A stretch of DNA of 49,263 nucleotides from a bacterium HR35 (GTDB lineage: Bacteria; Patescibacteriota; Minisyncoccia; UBA6257; HR35), in the NCBI GenBank assembly GCA_002898235.1, contig BEIL01000002.1, positions 1 through 49,263 on the forward strand, written 5' to 3'. The notes below the pieces were generated by a model, which made no database searches, had not been told where the DNA came from, and was given only the letters and a program-made list of their open reading frames with translations. The translations under genes and the position numbers were made by a program. This document shows, piece by piece, positions 38,321 to 47,801 of the stretch (positions are counted from its first letter, which is position 1; every line of letters begins with the position of its first letter).

Positions 38321-38899
38321 GACATCAAATTTGAAGTTTTTATAGTTAGCAATTAATCTTTCTAAAGATTCAGTTTCAATTTTTTTGTTTAATTTTTGAG
38401 TAACTTCAAAAAATTTAGAATGATTAATTTTAACGCCCCACAAAGAAGGTTCGAAAACTCCTTGAAAATAACTTTCACCTAAAACAATTTTTTCGCTAAT
38501 AAAGTAAGGTGAATGATGGAAATTATTTAAAGTTTCTATTCCTAAAAGAATATAGGCAGAAGCTAATTTTAATTTTTGATTTTCATTTAAAATTTCACTC
38601 GAAGCTACAAACATTTGAGGAGTAATTTTTGTTTCTAATTTTTCAATTGACGAATCATCGGCTAAGGAATGAAAGAAATCATGAAGCAAAAGAAAAATAA
38701 TTGACCATTTTTCAATTTCTTCTTTTGAAAGCTCGTTTAATTCGAAATAACCTTTAACTTTGTTAATATTTTTTAAAGAAGCCAGAAAAAATTTAGCCTC
38801 CTCTTTGGGTATGAAATTAAAATTTAAATCTAAGCTTCCTTTTTCTGAATTGGAAATAATGTTTAGAAGAAAGTCTTTTATTGAAGTTGAGTGTCTCAT
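38306..38899 (-). CDS. Hypothetical protein
   Basis: 197-aa ORF, no motif recognised. Confidence 0.65.
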   Translation of the reverse strand: MRHSTSIKDFLLNIISNSEKGSLDLNFNFIPKEEAKFFLASLKNINKVKGYFELNELSKEEIEKWSIIFLLLHDFFHSLADDSSIEKLETKITPQMFVASSEILNENQKLKLASAYILLGIETLNNFHHSPYFISEKIVLGESYFQGVFEPSLWGVKINHSKFFEVTQKLNKKIETESLERLIANYKNFKFDVLKLK

Positions 38900-38905
38900 T
38901 TTTTA

Positions 38906-39062
38906 AAACTAAAAAGACCCCCTTTGTGGGGGCCTTTTCTTTTTGTTTTTATTTAATTTTTCGCCTTTTATTAAAAAAAAGAAAAGGCCCCCAACTTCTT
39001 TTGAAATTGGGAAACCTTTGTTAAATTAATAATCAAGCAATAACTTCTACTCATTTTTATTA
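38906..39062 (-). promoter_or_regulatory. Attenuator-like 5' leader with alternative hairpins
   Basis: Four segments with 1:2, 2:3 (perfect 18 bp) and 3:4 pairings; U-tracts follow 1:2 and 3:4. Confidence 0.6.
38971..39054 (-). CDS. Putative leader peptide (27 aa)
   Basis: ATG...TAA, MSRSYCLIINLTKVSQFQKKLGAFSFF; spans hairpin segments 1 and 2. Confidence 0.35.
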   Translation of the reverse strand: MSRSYCLIINLTKVSQFQKKLGAFSFF

Positions 39063-39068
39063 ACCAAT

Positions 39069-39097
39069 ATTTTAACAACTAGTTTTTTAAAAGTCAA
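39069..39097 (-). promoter_or_regulatory. Sigma70 promoter with extended -10
   Basis: TTGACT-17nt-TAAAAT preceded by TGn; DnaA-box match TTTTCCACA at 39102-39110. Confidence 0.65.
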
Positions 39098-39190
39098 GTT
39101 GTTTTCCACAAGCAATTTAAAAAATTTTCATTTAGGTTTTAAAATAGAAATCAATTAAGGGTCGAATTAATGTTTTTTATTTTAAATTAA

Positions 39191-39874
39191 ATGAACCAAC
39201 CTCTAAGTTTGGTCGATGTTTTAAATAATTATCTCTTATCTCTCTATCCCACCCTCTTAAATAGTTTCTTTAATCTTCTTTTAGCATTGGTTGTTATTTT
39301 TGTTGGTTGGCTTGTTAGTTATTTTTTTAAATTATTAGTAGAATTAGTTTTCGAGAGAGCAAAATTTAAAGAACTTTTAACTAAAGCTAACTTAGCTCAA
39401 TACTTTGAGGATTTTTCCTTCGAAGAAAGAGCTTCTAAAATTTTAGGCGATGCTGCCTTTTGGTTCGTTTTTCTTATTTTCTTAATGACAGCTACTGATA
39501 TTTTAGGCTTAAATGTAGTAACCTCCTTTTTGAAGGATTTACTTTACTTTATTCCTAAAGCTATTACAGCTGCTTTAGTTGTTTTAGCCGGTTTTATCTT
39601 TGGTGATTTAATTAAAAAAATTGCTTATGGATTTTTTAAGGGATTTGAAAGAAAAAGTGCAGATTTTTCTTCTTCAATAATTAAATGGTCTATTGTAGTT
39701 TTCTCTTTGGTTACAGCTTTAAATGTTTTAGGAATAGCTAATGAAATTATTAATACTTTGCTTTTTGGTTTTGTTCTCTTTTTTGGTTTAGCTGGTGGTT
39801 TAGCTTTTGGTTTAGGTGGCCAGGATTTAGCCCGAGAAGTATTAGAAAGCTTGAGAAATAAATTTCGTAAATAA
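39191..39874 (+). CDS. TM-helix-repeat / MscS-like (CmpX-type) membrane protein
   Basis: Repeated NLLLALVVIFVGWLV / PKAITAALVVLAGFI helices; GLAFGLGGQDLA. Confidence 0.8.
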   Translation: MNQPLSLVDVLNNYLLSLYPTLLNSFFNLLLALVVIFVGWLVSYFFKLLVELVFERAKFKELLTKANLAQYFEDFSFEERASKILGDAAFWFVFLIFLMTATDILGLNVVTSFLKDLLYFIPKAITAALVVLAGFIFGDLIKKIAYGFFKGFERKSADFSSSIIKWSIVVFSLVTALNVLGIANEIINTLLFGFVLFFGLAGGLAFGLGGQDLAREVLESLRNKFRK

Positions 39875-39875
39875 A

Positions 39876-39904
39876 TTGACTTAAATAAAAATTTTAGCTA
39901 TAAT
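39876..39904 (+). promoter_or_regulatory. Promoter of the 23S-5S unit
   Basis: TTGACT-17nt-TATAAT about 125 nt before the 23S. Confidence 0.8.
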
Positions 39905-42105
39905 ATTATTTAAATAGAATTGGCGCTAAATTTTAGTTTGTCTTAATAATTGATGAAGAGAATTTTTGTTGCTTTAAAAGAAAACTAAAAATTTAAGAAA
40001 GATATGATTAATGTTGAGACAATAGTTAAGGGTTGATCAAAGAAAAGGTTACGGGCTAAGGGTGGATGCCTTGGGAGGAGGTGGCGATGAAGGACGCGGC
40101 TAGGCTGCGAAAAGCCTGGGGGAGGCGCCTAGCAGCCGTTGATCCCAGGATTTCCGAATGGGGTAACCTGTCCTAACGATAAGTTAGGACATCCAGAGGG
40201 ATTAGCTCCTCTGGAGGCGGACCCGGGGAAGTGAAACATCTCAGTACCCGGAGGAAAAGATACCAATTCGGTATTCCCTGAGTAGCGGCGAGCGAAAAGG
40301 GAAAAGCCCAAACGCGAGCTCCATAAGGAGCAAGCGGGTTAAAGGGCCAAAGCGTTCTCTTTAAAAAAGTTTTTGATCCTGGTGCATGGGATCAAACTTT
40401 TTTAAAGAGAGGTAGGGTTACAAAAGAAATCGTTAGCCGAAAGCGCTGGAAAGCGCTGCCAAAGAGGGTGAAAGCCCCGTAGGCAAAAACGATTTCTCCC
40501 TACTGCTTTGGTTCCTGAGTACCCCGAGGAATGATAACCTTGGGGGAAATTGCCGGAACCAACCGGTAAGGCTAAATACACCTCCTCACCGATAGTGCAC
40601 CTAGTACCGCGAGGGAAAGGTGAAAAGCAGGCCGGAAGGCCGGTGAAATAGAACCTGAAACCCTTAGCCTACAAAGAGCACAAGCCCGTAAGGGTGAGTG
40701 CGTGCCTATTGAAGAATGAGCCGGCGAGTTTGGGATGCTCGCTTGGTTAAGGCCAGTCAAGGCCGAAGCCAAAGGGAAACCGATTTGGTCTGAAAAGGGC
40801 CAAATTAAGTGGGCATCCCAAGACCCGAAGCCAGACGATCTACCCGTGGCCAGGGTGAACTTCACCGAAAGGTGGGGGGAGGCCCGAACCCGTGGGTTTC
40901 GCAAAACCTTGGGATGAGCTGCGGGTAGGAGTGAAAAGCTTATCGCGTCTGGGAATAGCTGGTTCTCCCCGAAATAGCTTTAGGGCTAGCGGACGTTAAT
41001 AGCCTCTTGGAGGTAGAGCACTAATAAGTTGGTAAAGGGCGAAAGCCCAGCCAACTTATTAAACTCCGAATTCCAAGAGGTGTTCCGTCTAGTCAGCCCA
41101 TGGGGGATAAGCTCCATGGACAAGAGGGGAACAACCCAGATTCCCAGCTAAGGCCCCAAAATCCCAGCTAAGTAGGAAAGGTAGTATCTCTCCTATGACA
41201 ACTAGGAGGTTGGCTTAGAAGCAGCCATCCTTTAAAGAGTGCGTAACAGCTCACTAGTCGAGGAGAGATGCACCGAAACATTTACGGGTTTAAGCTGGGT
41301 GCCGAAGCTGGAATCTAGGAAGCTTTTTGCTTCCTAGAGGTAGGGGAGCATTCCATTCGCGTTGAAGGTCCATCCGCGAGGAGGACTGGAGCGAATGGAA
41401 GAGAGAATGCCGGCATGAGTAACCGCAAATCGCCTGAGATGGGCGATCGCCGTAAGGGCAAGGTTTCCTTGGCAATGGAAATCAGCCAAGGGTTAGGCGG
41501 GACCTAAGGTAAACCCGAAAGGGGTAGTCGATGGATAGCCGGTTAATATTCCGGCCCCACTCTTTGATTCCGATGGGGTGACGAGGGATATAAGGAGAGG
41601 AGAGGTAATGGTTACTCTTCTTCCTTAAACTAGAGGGCGAGGTAGAGCAAATCTCTACCTCTAGGGTCAAGAGCCCAGCCCTCGATTAAGGAAGGAAGTC
41701 TTCTTTTAGAAGACAACCTCTCCGAAGAGCCCTCCAAGAAAAGCCTCTAAGGATAAATCAAAGAGTGCCCGTACCGGAAAACCGACACAGGTGCCCGAGG
41801 CGAGTAGCCTAAGGCGAACGGGTGATCCCTCCTCAAGGAACTCGGCAAAAAAGCGGGCGTAACTTCGGGAGAAGCCCTCCCTGTAGTATGCCAAAAGCAT
41901 ACTCCAGGGCGCAGCGAACGTCTCCCTGGCGACTGTTTACCAAAAACACAGCTCCCTGCTTAACTGGTAACAGGAAGTATAGGGGGTGACGCCTGACCGA
42001 TGCCGGAAGGTTAAAGCATCAGGGTAGTTACTGAAGTAGCTTAGCTATTTCAGTAACTGCTCATGGTGCTAAGCCCCGGTCAATGTCGGCCCTAACCCTG
42101 AGGGT

Positions 42106-42836
42106 TGATCCAAAGCGGATTGGGCCCTCATAAAATCCAGCTATATGCTGGGACACCTCGATAGTCGGTCATTACCGAGTTTTAACTTGCTAAGCCAAAA
42201 GTCCCAAGATGGGCTAGCTTAGCGAGAAGGTGAAAAAATGATACGTAGAGGCAACCAGCAGGAAAGGCTTTCTACTAGAGATAGGCTTGGGTATTTTTTA
42301 GCAGGCTTTGTTGAAGGAGAAGGAAGTTTCACGGTTCAAGTAAGGTTTCATCCTGGAACCAAATTTGGTATAGCAATTGATCCTGAGTTTTACTTATACC
42401 AACACCAGAAAAGAAAAAAAATTTTAGAACTTGCTCAAGAATTCTTTCAAACAGGTAAAATATGGAAAAAACCTGGAACAGAAAATGTGCTGGTTTATGG
42501 TATAAAATCAAGAAGAAGTATAATCGAAAAAGTTGTGCCTTTTGTTGAAAAATATTTGCTACCTTATACTTCAAGAAAAGAGCAAATAGAATTTTTTTTA
42601 AATGTTTTGAAAATGCTTGAAGAAAAAAAGCATCATACAAAAGAAGGAATTTTGGAAATTGTTGATTATCTCTATTCTACAGAAAGAAAATTTAAAATAC
42701 CCAAGTCTACACTAGTAGAAAGAATCCTCAGAGGCCATACGCTGGACAGGTCATAAAGGAAAATATAGGGAACTAAGATTGTCCTTTATGGCCTGAAGAT
42801 ATGGTCCAGCCCCTATGGTGACATAGGGATAAGCTG
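42106..42836 (+). mobile_element. Group I intron at 23S position equivalent to E. coli 1923
   Basis: Exon ...TGAGGGT | intron ending in G | CCGAAGGTAGCG; P1 TGAGGGT/GCCCTCA with U-G at the splice site; P (ATGCTGG), Q (AACCAGCAG), R (TCAGAGGCCA), S (AAGATATGGTCC). Confidence 0.92.
42238..42756 (+). CDS. Single-motif LAGLIDADG homing endonuclease
   Basis: YFLAGFVEGEGSF, FYLYQH, GKI, VVPFVEKY; located inside the intron. Confidence 0.92.
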   Translation: MIRRGNQQERLSTRDRLGYFLAGFVEGEGSFTVQVRFHPGTKFGIAIDPEFYLYQHQKRKKILELAQEFFQTGKIWKKPGTENVLVYGIKSRRSIIEKVVPFVEKYLLPYTSRKEQIEFFLNVLKMLEEKKHHTKEGILEIVDYLYSTERKFKIPKSTLVERILRGHTLDRS

Positions 42837-43329
42837 CCGAAGGTAGCGCAATTCCTTTCCGGGTAAGTTCCGGAGCGCATGAAAGGCGTAACGACTGGGG
42901 AACTGTCTCGAGGAGGGGCCCGGTGAAAATGCAATCCCCGTGAAGATGCGGGGTGCGGGCAACGGGACGGAAAGACCCCGGGAGCTTTACTGGGCTCACT
43001 CATTGGTTTTGGTTAGATGATGCATAGTGTAGCGGGGAGGCTATGAAGCTCTGCTTTCGGGCAGAGTGGAGCCGTCAATGGAACACCCGCCTTCATCTAG
43101 CTGAAACCTAACCCATTTAGCTAAAATGGGAACAGTGAGTGGGGGCCAGTTTCACTGGGGCGGTGGCCTCCTAAAAAGTAACGGAGGCGTCCAAAGGTCG
43201 GCTTGTCCTGGATGGAAACCAGGATGAAAGTGTAAAGGCAAAAGCCGGCCTGACTGCAAGGCTGACAAGCCGAGCAGAGGCGAAAGCCGGGCTTAGTGAC
43301 CCGACGGCCCTTTTTGGAAAGGCCGGAGA

Positions 43330-43364
<35 letters not shown>

Positions 43365-43481
43365 GTGTGGCCCGAGAGTCCACATCGACGGCCACGCTCG
43401 GCACCTCGATGTCGGCTCACCCTAGCGCGGGGCTGAAGAAGGTCCCAAGCGTCGGGCTGTTCGCCCGTTAAAAGGGTACGT

Positions 43482-43516
<35 letters not shown>

Positions 43517-43844
43517 CATATCTGTTGCCCGCGTTTGGAAGCCTGAGGGGAGCTGGTCCTAGTACGAGAGGACCGGACTGGGGCAGCCTCTGGTGTACCA
43601 GTTGTTCCTCCAGGAGCATCGCTGGGTAGCTATGCTGCCACGGGATAAGCGCTGAAAGCATCTAAGCGCGAAACCCACCCCAAGATTAGGCTTCCTTTAT
43701 TAGCCCCCAGGAAGATCACCTGGTTGATAGGCCCCTACTGGAAGCTCGGCAACGGGTTGAGGTTAGGGGTACTAATGGGCAAAATTTTCTTTGATCAACC
43801 CTTAACTTATTGTCTCAACATTAATCATTCTTTCTTTAAAAAAT

Positions 43845-43963
43845 TCCCCGGTGGCCGTATGTCCGAACTGGAACCACCTCTTTACATTCCGAACAGAAAG
43901 GTGAAACGGTTCGGAGCCGATGGTAGTGCCCAATAAGGGTGCGAGAGTAGGTGCTGCCGGGGT
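43845..43963 (+). rRNA. rrf: 5S rRNA
   Basis: CCCCGGTGGC/GCTGCCGGGG terminal helix, CATTCCGAAC, GCCGATGGTAGT, GAGAGTAGG. Confidence 0.95.
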
Positions 43964-43985
43964 TTTTAGTTTAAAATAAAATTTA

Positions 43986-44744
43986 ATGAACTCAAGATTT
44001 TTCAAACAATTAAAAATTGCTTTTTTATTTTTCTTCCCCATTTTTATCTTTTTGGGTTTTAAAATTGTTCCTTTATTTTTAACTCCCCCTTCTTGTTTTG
44101 ATAATAAAAAAAATCAAGGAGAAATTGGTATTGATTGTGGAGGCCCTTGTCCTCCTTGTGAAATTAAATCTCTTCAACCTTTAACTATTTCTTCTTTGAG
44201 GAAAATTAAATATCCCGATGGAAGTTATGATTTAGCTGCTAAAGTTTTTAATCCTAATGAAAAATGGGGACTTAAGGAAATTGCTTATTCATTTGTTTTG
44301 TTTGACGAAGAAGGAAAAAAAATTTATGAAACTTCAAAAGAAAAATCAATTATTTATCCTAATGAAACTCGATGGCTTATTCTTCAGAATTTAAAACTTC
44401 CAGACTTTTCTTCTTTTAAACTTAATTTAGAAATCGATAATTATAATTGGCAGCCCATGGAAAATAATTTTTCTCCTCTTTATCTTGTTTATTATGAGCC
44501 AACTTTTGAAAAAACATCTTTTGGAAGTTATCACATCTTTTTTAATGTTTATAATAAATCAATATATGATTTTGATAAAGTCGAAGCTATTGTTTTTATT
44601 TATGATGAAAACCAGGAAATTATTGCTTTAAACCGGGTAAATTTTAAAATAAACCATGATACAATAGAAAAAGTAGAGTTTATTAATAATACTCTCGATA
44701 AAGAACCAAAAGGTCTAGAAATTTTTTTTCAACTTAATCAATGA
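43986..44744 (+). CDS. Membrane-anchored protein with a Cys-rich CFD...DCGGPC motif and Ig-like domains
   Basis: N-terminal TM then SCFDNKKNQGEIGIDCGGPCPPC. Confidence 0.75.
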   Translation: MNSRFFKQLKIAFLFFFPIFIFLGFKIVPLFLTPPSCFDNKKNQGEIGIDCGGPCPPCEIKSLQPLTISSLRKIKYPDGSYDLAAKVFNPNEKWGLKEIAYSFVLFDEEGKKIYETSKEKSIIYPNETRWLILQNLKLPDFSSFKLNLEIDNYNWQPMENNFSPLYLVYYEPTFEKTSFGSYHIFFNVYNKSIYDFDKVEAIVFIYDENQEIIALNRVNFKINHDTIEKVEFINNTLDKEPKGLEIFFQLNQ

Positions 44745-45718
44745 AAACAGTTTTAACTGGTATTAAACCTACAGGAGAAATCCATTTAGGGAATTATTTA
44801 GGAATGGTTCAACAACTTAGCGATCTTCAGGAAAAACATAAAAGCTTTTTGATGATTGCTAATTTGCATGCCCAAACAGTTCCTTATAATCCTAAAGAAT
44901 TAACTGATTTGACATTTGAATTAGTCTCTTCTTTAATAGCTTTAGGCATTAAACCTCAAAAAACTACTATTTTTCTTCAATCAGATAATCCTTACCATCC
45001 TTATTTATCTTGGATTTTAGGTTGTTTAACTTATTTAGGTGAGCTTCAGAGAATGCATGAATTCAAAGAACAAAGCGAAAGATATAAAAAAGAAGGTGTA
45101 GGTTCAGGAATTTTAATGTATCCGGTTTTGATGGCAGCTGATATTTTGCTTTATAATGCTGATCTTGTTCCAGTTGGTGAAGATCAAAGACAACATCTTG
45201 AACTCACTCGAGAAATAGCTAGAAGATTTAATAACCGTTTTGGAAAAATTTTTAAAATTCCAGAAGCTTTAATTCCTAAAGAAACTTATAAAATTATGAG
45301 CCTTTCAAATCCACTTAAAAAAATGTCAAAATCATTGCCTGAAGGATGTTTGGAAATTTTTGCTCCTGAAAAAGAAATTGAAGAAAAAATTATGAAAGCC
45401 ATTACTGATTCAGGAAAAGAAATAAAATATGATCCTCAAAATAAACCTGGGATTAGCAATCTAATGATTATTTATAAATACCTTACTGGCAAAACTTTAG
45501 CAGAAATTGAAAATGAATTTCAAAATGTTTCTTATGTGGATTTCAAAAAAGAAATTGTTAAAGCTTTTTTAGAACATTTTTCTCAAGCTAGAGCTTTGAA
45601 AAGAAAAATAAAAAAGAAAGATGTTTTAGAAATTTTGAAGGCGGGAAAAGAAAAAGCAATCAAAACTTCAACTCCTTTAATTGAAAAAATAAAAAAAATC
45701 ACTGGCTTAAAAGTTTGA
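44741..45718 (+). CDS. trpS: Tryptophan--tRNA ligase
   Basis: GIKPTG, HLGN, YPVLMAADIL, VPVGEDQ, KMSKS. Confidence 0.97.
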   Translation: MKTVLTGIKPTGEIHLGNYLGMVQQLSDLQEKHKSFLMIANLHAQTVPYNPKELTDLTFELVSSLIALGIKPQKTTIFLQSDNPYHPYLSWILGCLTYLGELQRMHEFKEQSERYKKEGVGSGILMYPVLMAADILLYNADLVPVGEDQRQHLELTREIARRFNNRFGKIFKIPEALIPKETYKIMSLSNPLKKMSKSLPEGCLEIFAPEKEIEEKIMKAITDSGKEIKYDPQNKPGISNLMIIYKYLTGKTLAEIENEFQNVSYVDFKKEIVKAFLEHFSQARALKRKIKKKDVLEILKAGKEKAIKTSTPLIEKIKKITGLKV

Positions 45719-45744
45719 CTTTACTTCATTTTTTGTGTTAAAAT
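45715..45744 (+). promoter_or_regulatory. Promoter of rplJL
   Basis: TTGACT-18nt-TAAAAT with TGn extension. Confidence 0.6.
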
Positions 45745-45758
45745 TTAGATTAATTAAA

Positions 45759-45810
45759 GCCGAAGACAGGAGGGGCCTTAAGGCTTAAAACTTAATTACC
45801 CTCCCGAGGC
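45759..45810 (+). promoter_or_regulatory. Ribosomal protein L10 leader
   Basis: GCCGAAGACAGGAGGG...CCCTCCCGAGGC directly upstream of rplJ. Confidence 0.85.
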
Positions 45811-45814
45811 AAAA

Positions 45815-46315
45815 ATGAGAAAAGAAAAAAAACAAAAAATTATTACTGATTTAAAGCAAAAATTCGAGACTTCTTCAGCCTACGCTCTTTTTAGTTTACT
45901 TAACTTATCGGCAGAAAATTTAGAATTTTTAAGAAGAGAAGCTAAGAAAAATAGCGGTTTAGTTCAGGTAGTTAAAAAAACATTAGTTTATAAAAGTAAT
46001 CCCGAATTTTCTTTTAGCGATGAAGAACTTAAAGAACCATTTGCTTTTCTTTGGTCATTTGATGAAGATTTAAAAGCTTTTAAAGTTTTGAATCAAATCA
46101 AAAAACAGGAAATAGAAATAAAAGTTTTAGGAGGTTATTTTGCTAAAAGAAAACTTACTCCCAATGATGTTTGGGAATTGGCTAATCTTCCTTCTAAAGA
46201 AGAGCTCTTAGCTAAACTTCTTTCTCGATTAAATTCACCACTTTTTCATTTAAATCTAACTTTAAATTCACCTTTAAAAAATTTAATTTTAGTTTTGTCG
46301 GCTATTAAAAAATGA
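45815..46315 (+). CDS. rplJ: 50S ribosomal protein L10
   Basis: VVKKTL, LANLPSKEELLAKLL; precedes rplL. Confidence 0.93.
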   Translation: MRKEKKQKIITDLKQKFETSSAYALFSLLNLSAENLEFLRREAKKNSGLVQVVKKTLVYKSNPEFSFSDEELKEPFAFLWSFDEDLKAFKVLNQIKKQEIEIKVLGGYFAKRKLTPNDVWELANLPSKEELLAKLLSRLNSPLFHLNLTLNSPLKNLILVLSAIKK

Positions 46316-46326
46316 TCTAATTAAAA

Positions 46327-46704
46327 ATGTCTGACAAAATCCAACAAATCATCCAAATGATTGAAAACTTAACAGTCGTCGAATTAAACGAATTAGTAAA
46401 GGCTTTAGAAGAAAAATTTGGAGTTTCAGCTGCTGCTTTTGTAGCGGCTGCTCCAGTTCAAGCTCCTGCCCAAGCTGAAACTCAAACCGGTGGGACAGTT
46501 GAAGTTGTTTTAGTTGATGCTGGAGCTAATAAAATTAATGTGATTAAAGTTTTGCGTGAACTAAATCCCAATATGTCTCTTAAAGATGCTAAAGATGCTG
46601 TTGATAATCCTCCTTATAAAGTAGCTTCAGGAATTGAAAGAGCTAAAGCTGAAGAGATTAAGAAAAAATTTGAACAAGCTGGAGCTAAGGTTGAGATTAA
46701 ATAA
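46327..46704 (+). CDS. rplL: 50S ribosomal protein L7/L12
   Basis: LTVVELNELVKALEEKFGVSAAA, KINVIKVLRE, AGAKVEIK. Confidence 0.97.
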   Translation: MSDKIQQIIQMIENLTVVELNELVKALEEKFGVSAAAFVAAAPVQAPAQAETQTGGTVEVVLVDAGANKINVIKVLRELNPNMSLKDAKDAVDNPPYKVASGIERAKAEEIKKKFEQAGAKVEIK

Positions 46705-46706
46705 AA

Positions 46707-47687
46707 TTAAAGCTTACCGCAGTTTACTTTCCAAACATAAGGATTTCCTGGCGAAGAATATTGATTAATTGCTTGAAGAACAGAAAAAGGAATGCTCACA
46801 TAATTTCCATTAGCAGGATCTTTAAGATAAATACAATCTTGATAGATTTGATTACTTCCACCTCGTTGAGGAATAGAACACTGATTTAAGTATCCGACAG
46901 CTAAAAGATAATGACCAGCAGGATAGGTATTATCTCTAATATTGATAATAAATTTTTCTCCAGTTTTGATTCCGTTTAAAAAATCATCCCAAGAAGAAAT
47001 TCTGTCAGCTTTAGTATCAATAAAAGCTTTATTAGTTCCTCGATACCCGCCCAATCCTTGACTTACAGCTTCATTAGCTGTTTTTACAATATAATTTTTA
47101 ATTTCTGTTTTTTCTTCTTGACTAATTCCATCGTTGCAGAAATTAGAGCAATTAGCTTTTAACATAGCTAAGGAAACAATTCCGCAACCAGATGGCCCAA
47201 TATATCCATCACCATACCGAATATTAGCATAATCAGGATCGGTTTGTTTAACTAAAGGCACTCCATAATAGCAATCATAGCTAGAAACTTGATTTCTTCC
47301 AACGCCTGGCGGAGACAGATAATTTACATAACCCGGAGGAGAAGAAACGGTTCGATAACCCATTAAACCACCAAAAGTTTCAAAAACCGGACTTTTAGCT
47401 TCTTGAATAGTTGGAATCCAAAGCTTAACTTGAAAAATACCAGGATTAATAATATTTAAAATTTGAGGCAAAATTAAGGTTATAGCAATTGCTCCAATAG
47501 AGTTAATAATCCTATTTTTTCCTTCCTCTTTACTAAAAATACTTGCAGCTGAAAAAAGATAAAGTACAGCTCCATAAACCATATTCAAAAAAGCTAAAAC
47601 AAAAAGCAAAACTAAACCTAAATTATAAACAGCCTGAAAACAACTCTGAAGGTCATAACAACTTAAAATTGATTGAATGTTGGGCAT
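46707..47687 (-). CDS. TrbC/VirB2-like pilin fused to a putative C39-like cysteine peptidase domain
   Basis: First 102 aa identical to 5018..5869; C-terminal SGCGIVSLAM, GHYLLAVG, YLKDP (Cys-His-Asp). Confidence 0.78.
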   Translation of the reverse strand: MPNIQSILSCYDLQSCFQAVYNLGLVLLFVLAFLNMVYGAVLYLFSAASIFSKEEGKNRIINSIGAIAITLILPQILNIINPGIFQVKLWIPTIQEAKSPVFETFGGLMGYRTVSSPPGYVNYLSPPGVGRNQVSSYDCYYGVPLVKQTDPDYANIRYGDGYIGPSGCGIVSLAMLKANCSNFCNDGISQEEKTEIKNYIVKTANEAVSQGLGGYRGTNKAFIDTKADRISSWDDFLNGIKTGEKFIINIRDNTYPAGHYLLAVGYLNQCSIPQRGGSNQIYQDCIYLKDPANGNYVSIPFSVLQAINQYSSPGNPYVWKVNCGKL

Positions 47688-47695
47688 TTTATTTA
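47382..47695 (-). repeat. 314-bp repeat, copy 2 (inverted relative to 5010..5323)
   Basis: 313 of 314 nt identical to copy 1. Confidence 0.95.
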
Positions 47696-47725
47696 GATTT
47701 TAAACTGATTTATAATTTTTTTTAA

Positions 47726-47798
47726 GCCCCTGTAGCTCAACTGGAAGAGCGCGTGGCTTCGGACCACGAGGTTGGGGGTTCGAGTCCCTCCAGGGGCA
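47726..47798 (+). tRNA. tRNA-Arg(TCG)
   Basis: GCCCCTG/CAGGGGC acceptor, CGTGG-CTTCGGA-CCACG anticodon arm; TATAAT at 47711-47716. Confidence 0.94.
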
Positions 47799-47801
47799 AA
47801 G

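Noticed and set aside
44741-46315. Alternative genetic code 25 (TGA=Gly)
   Set aside because: TGA ends trpS and rplJ at expected lengths and long genes are intact under code 11
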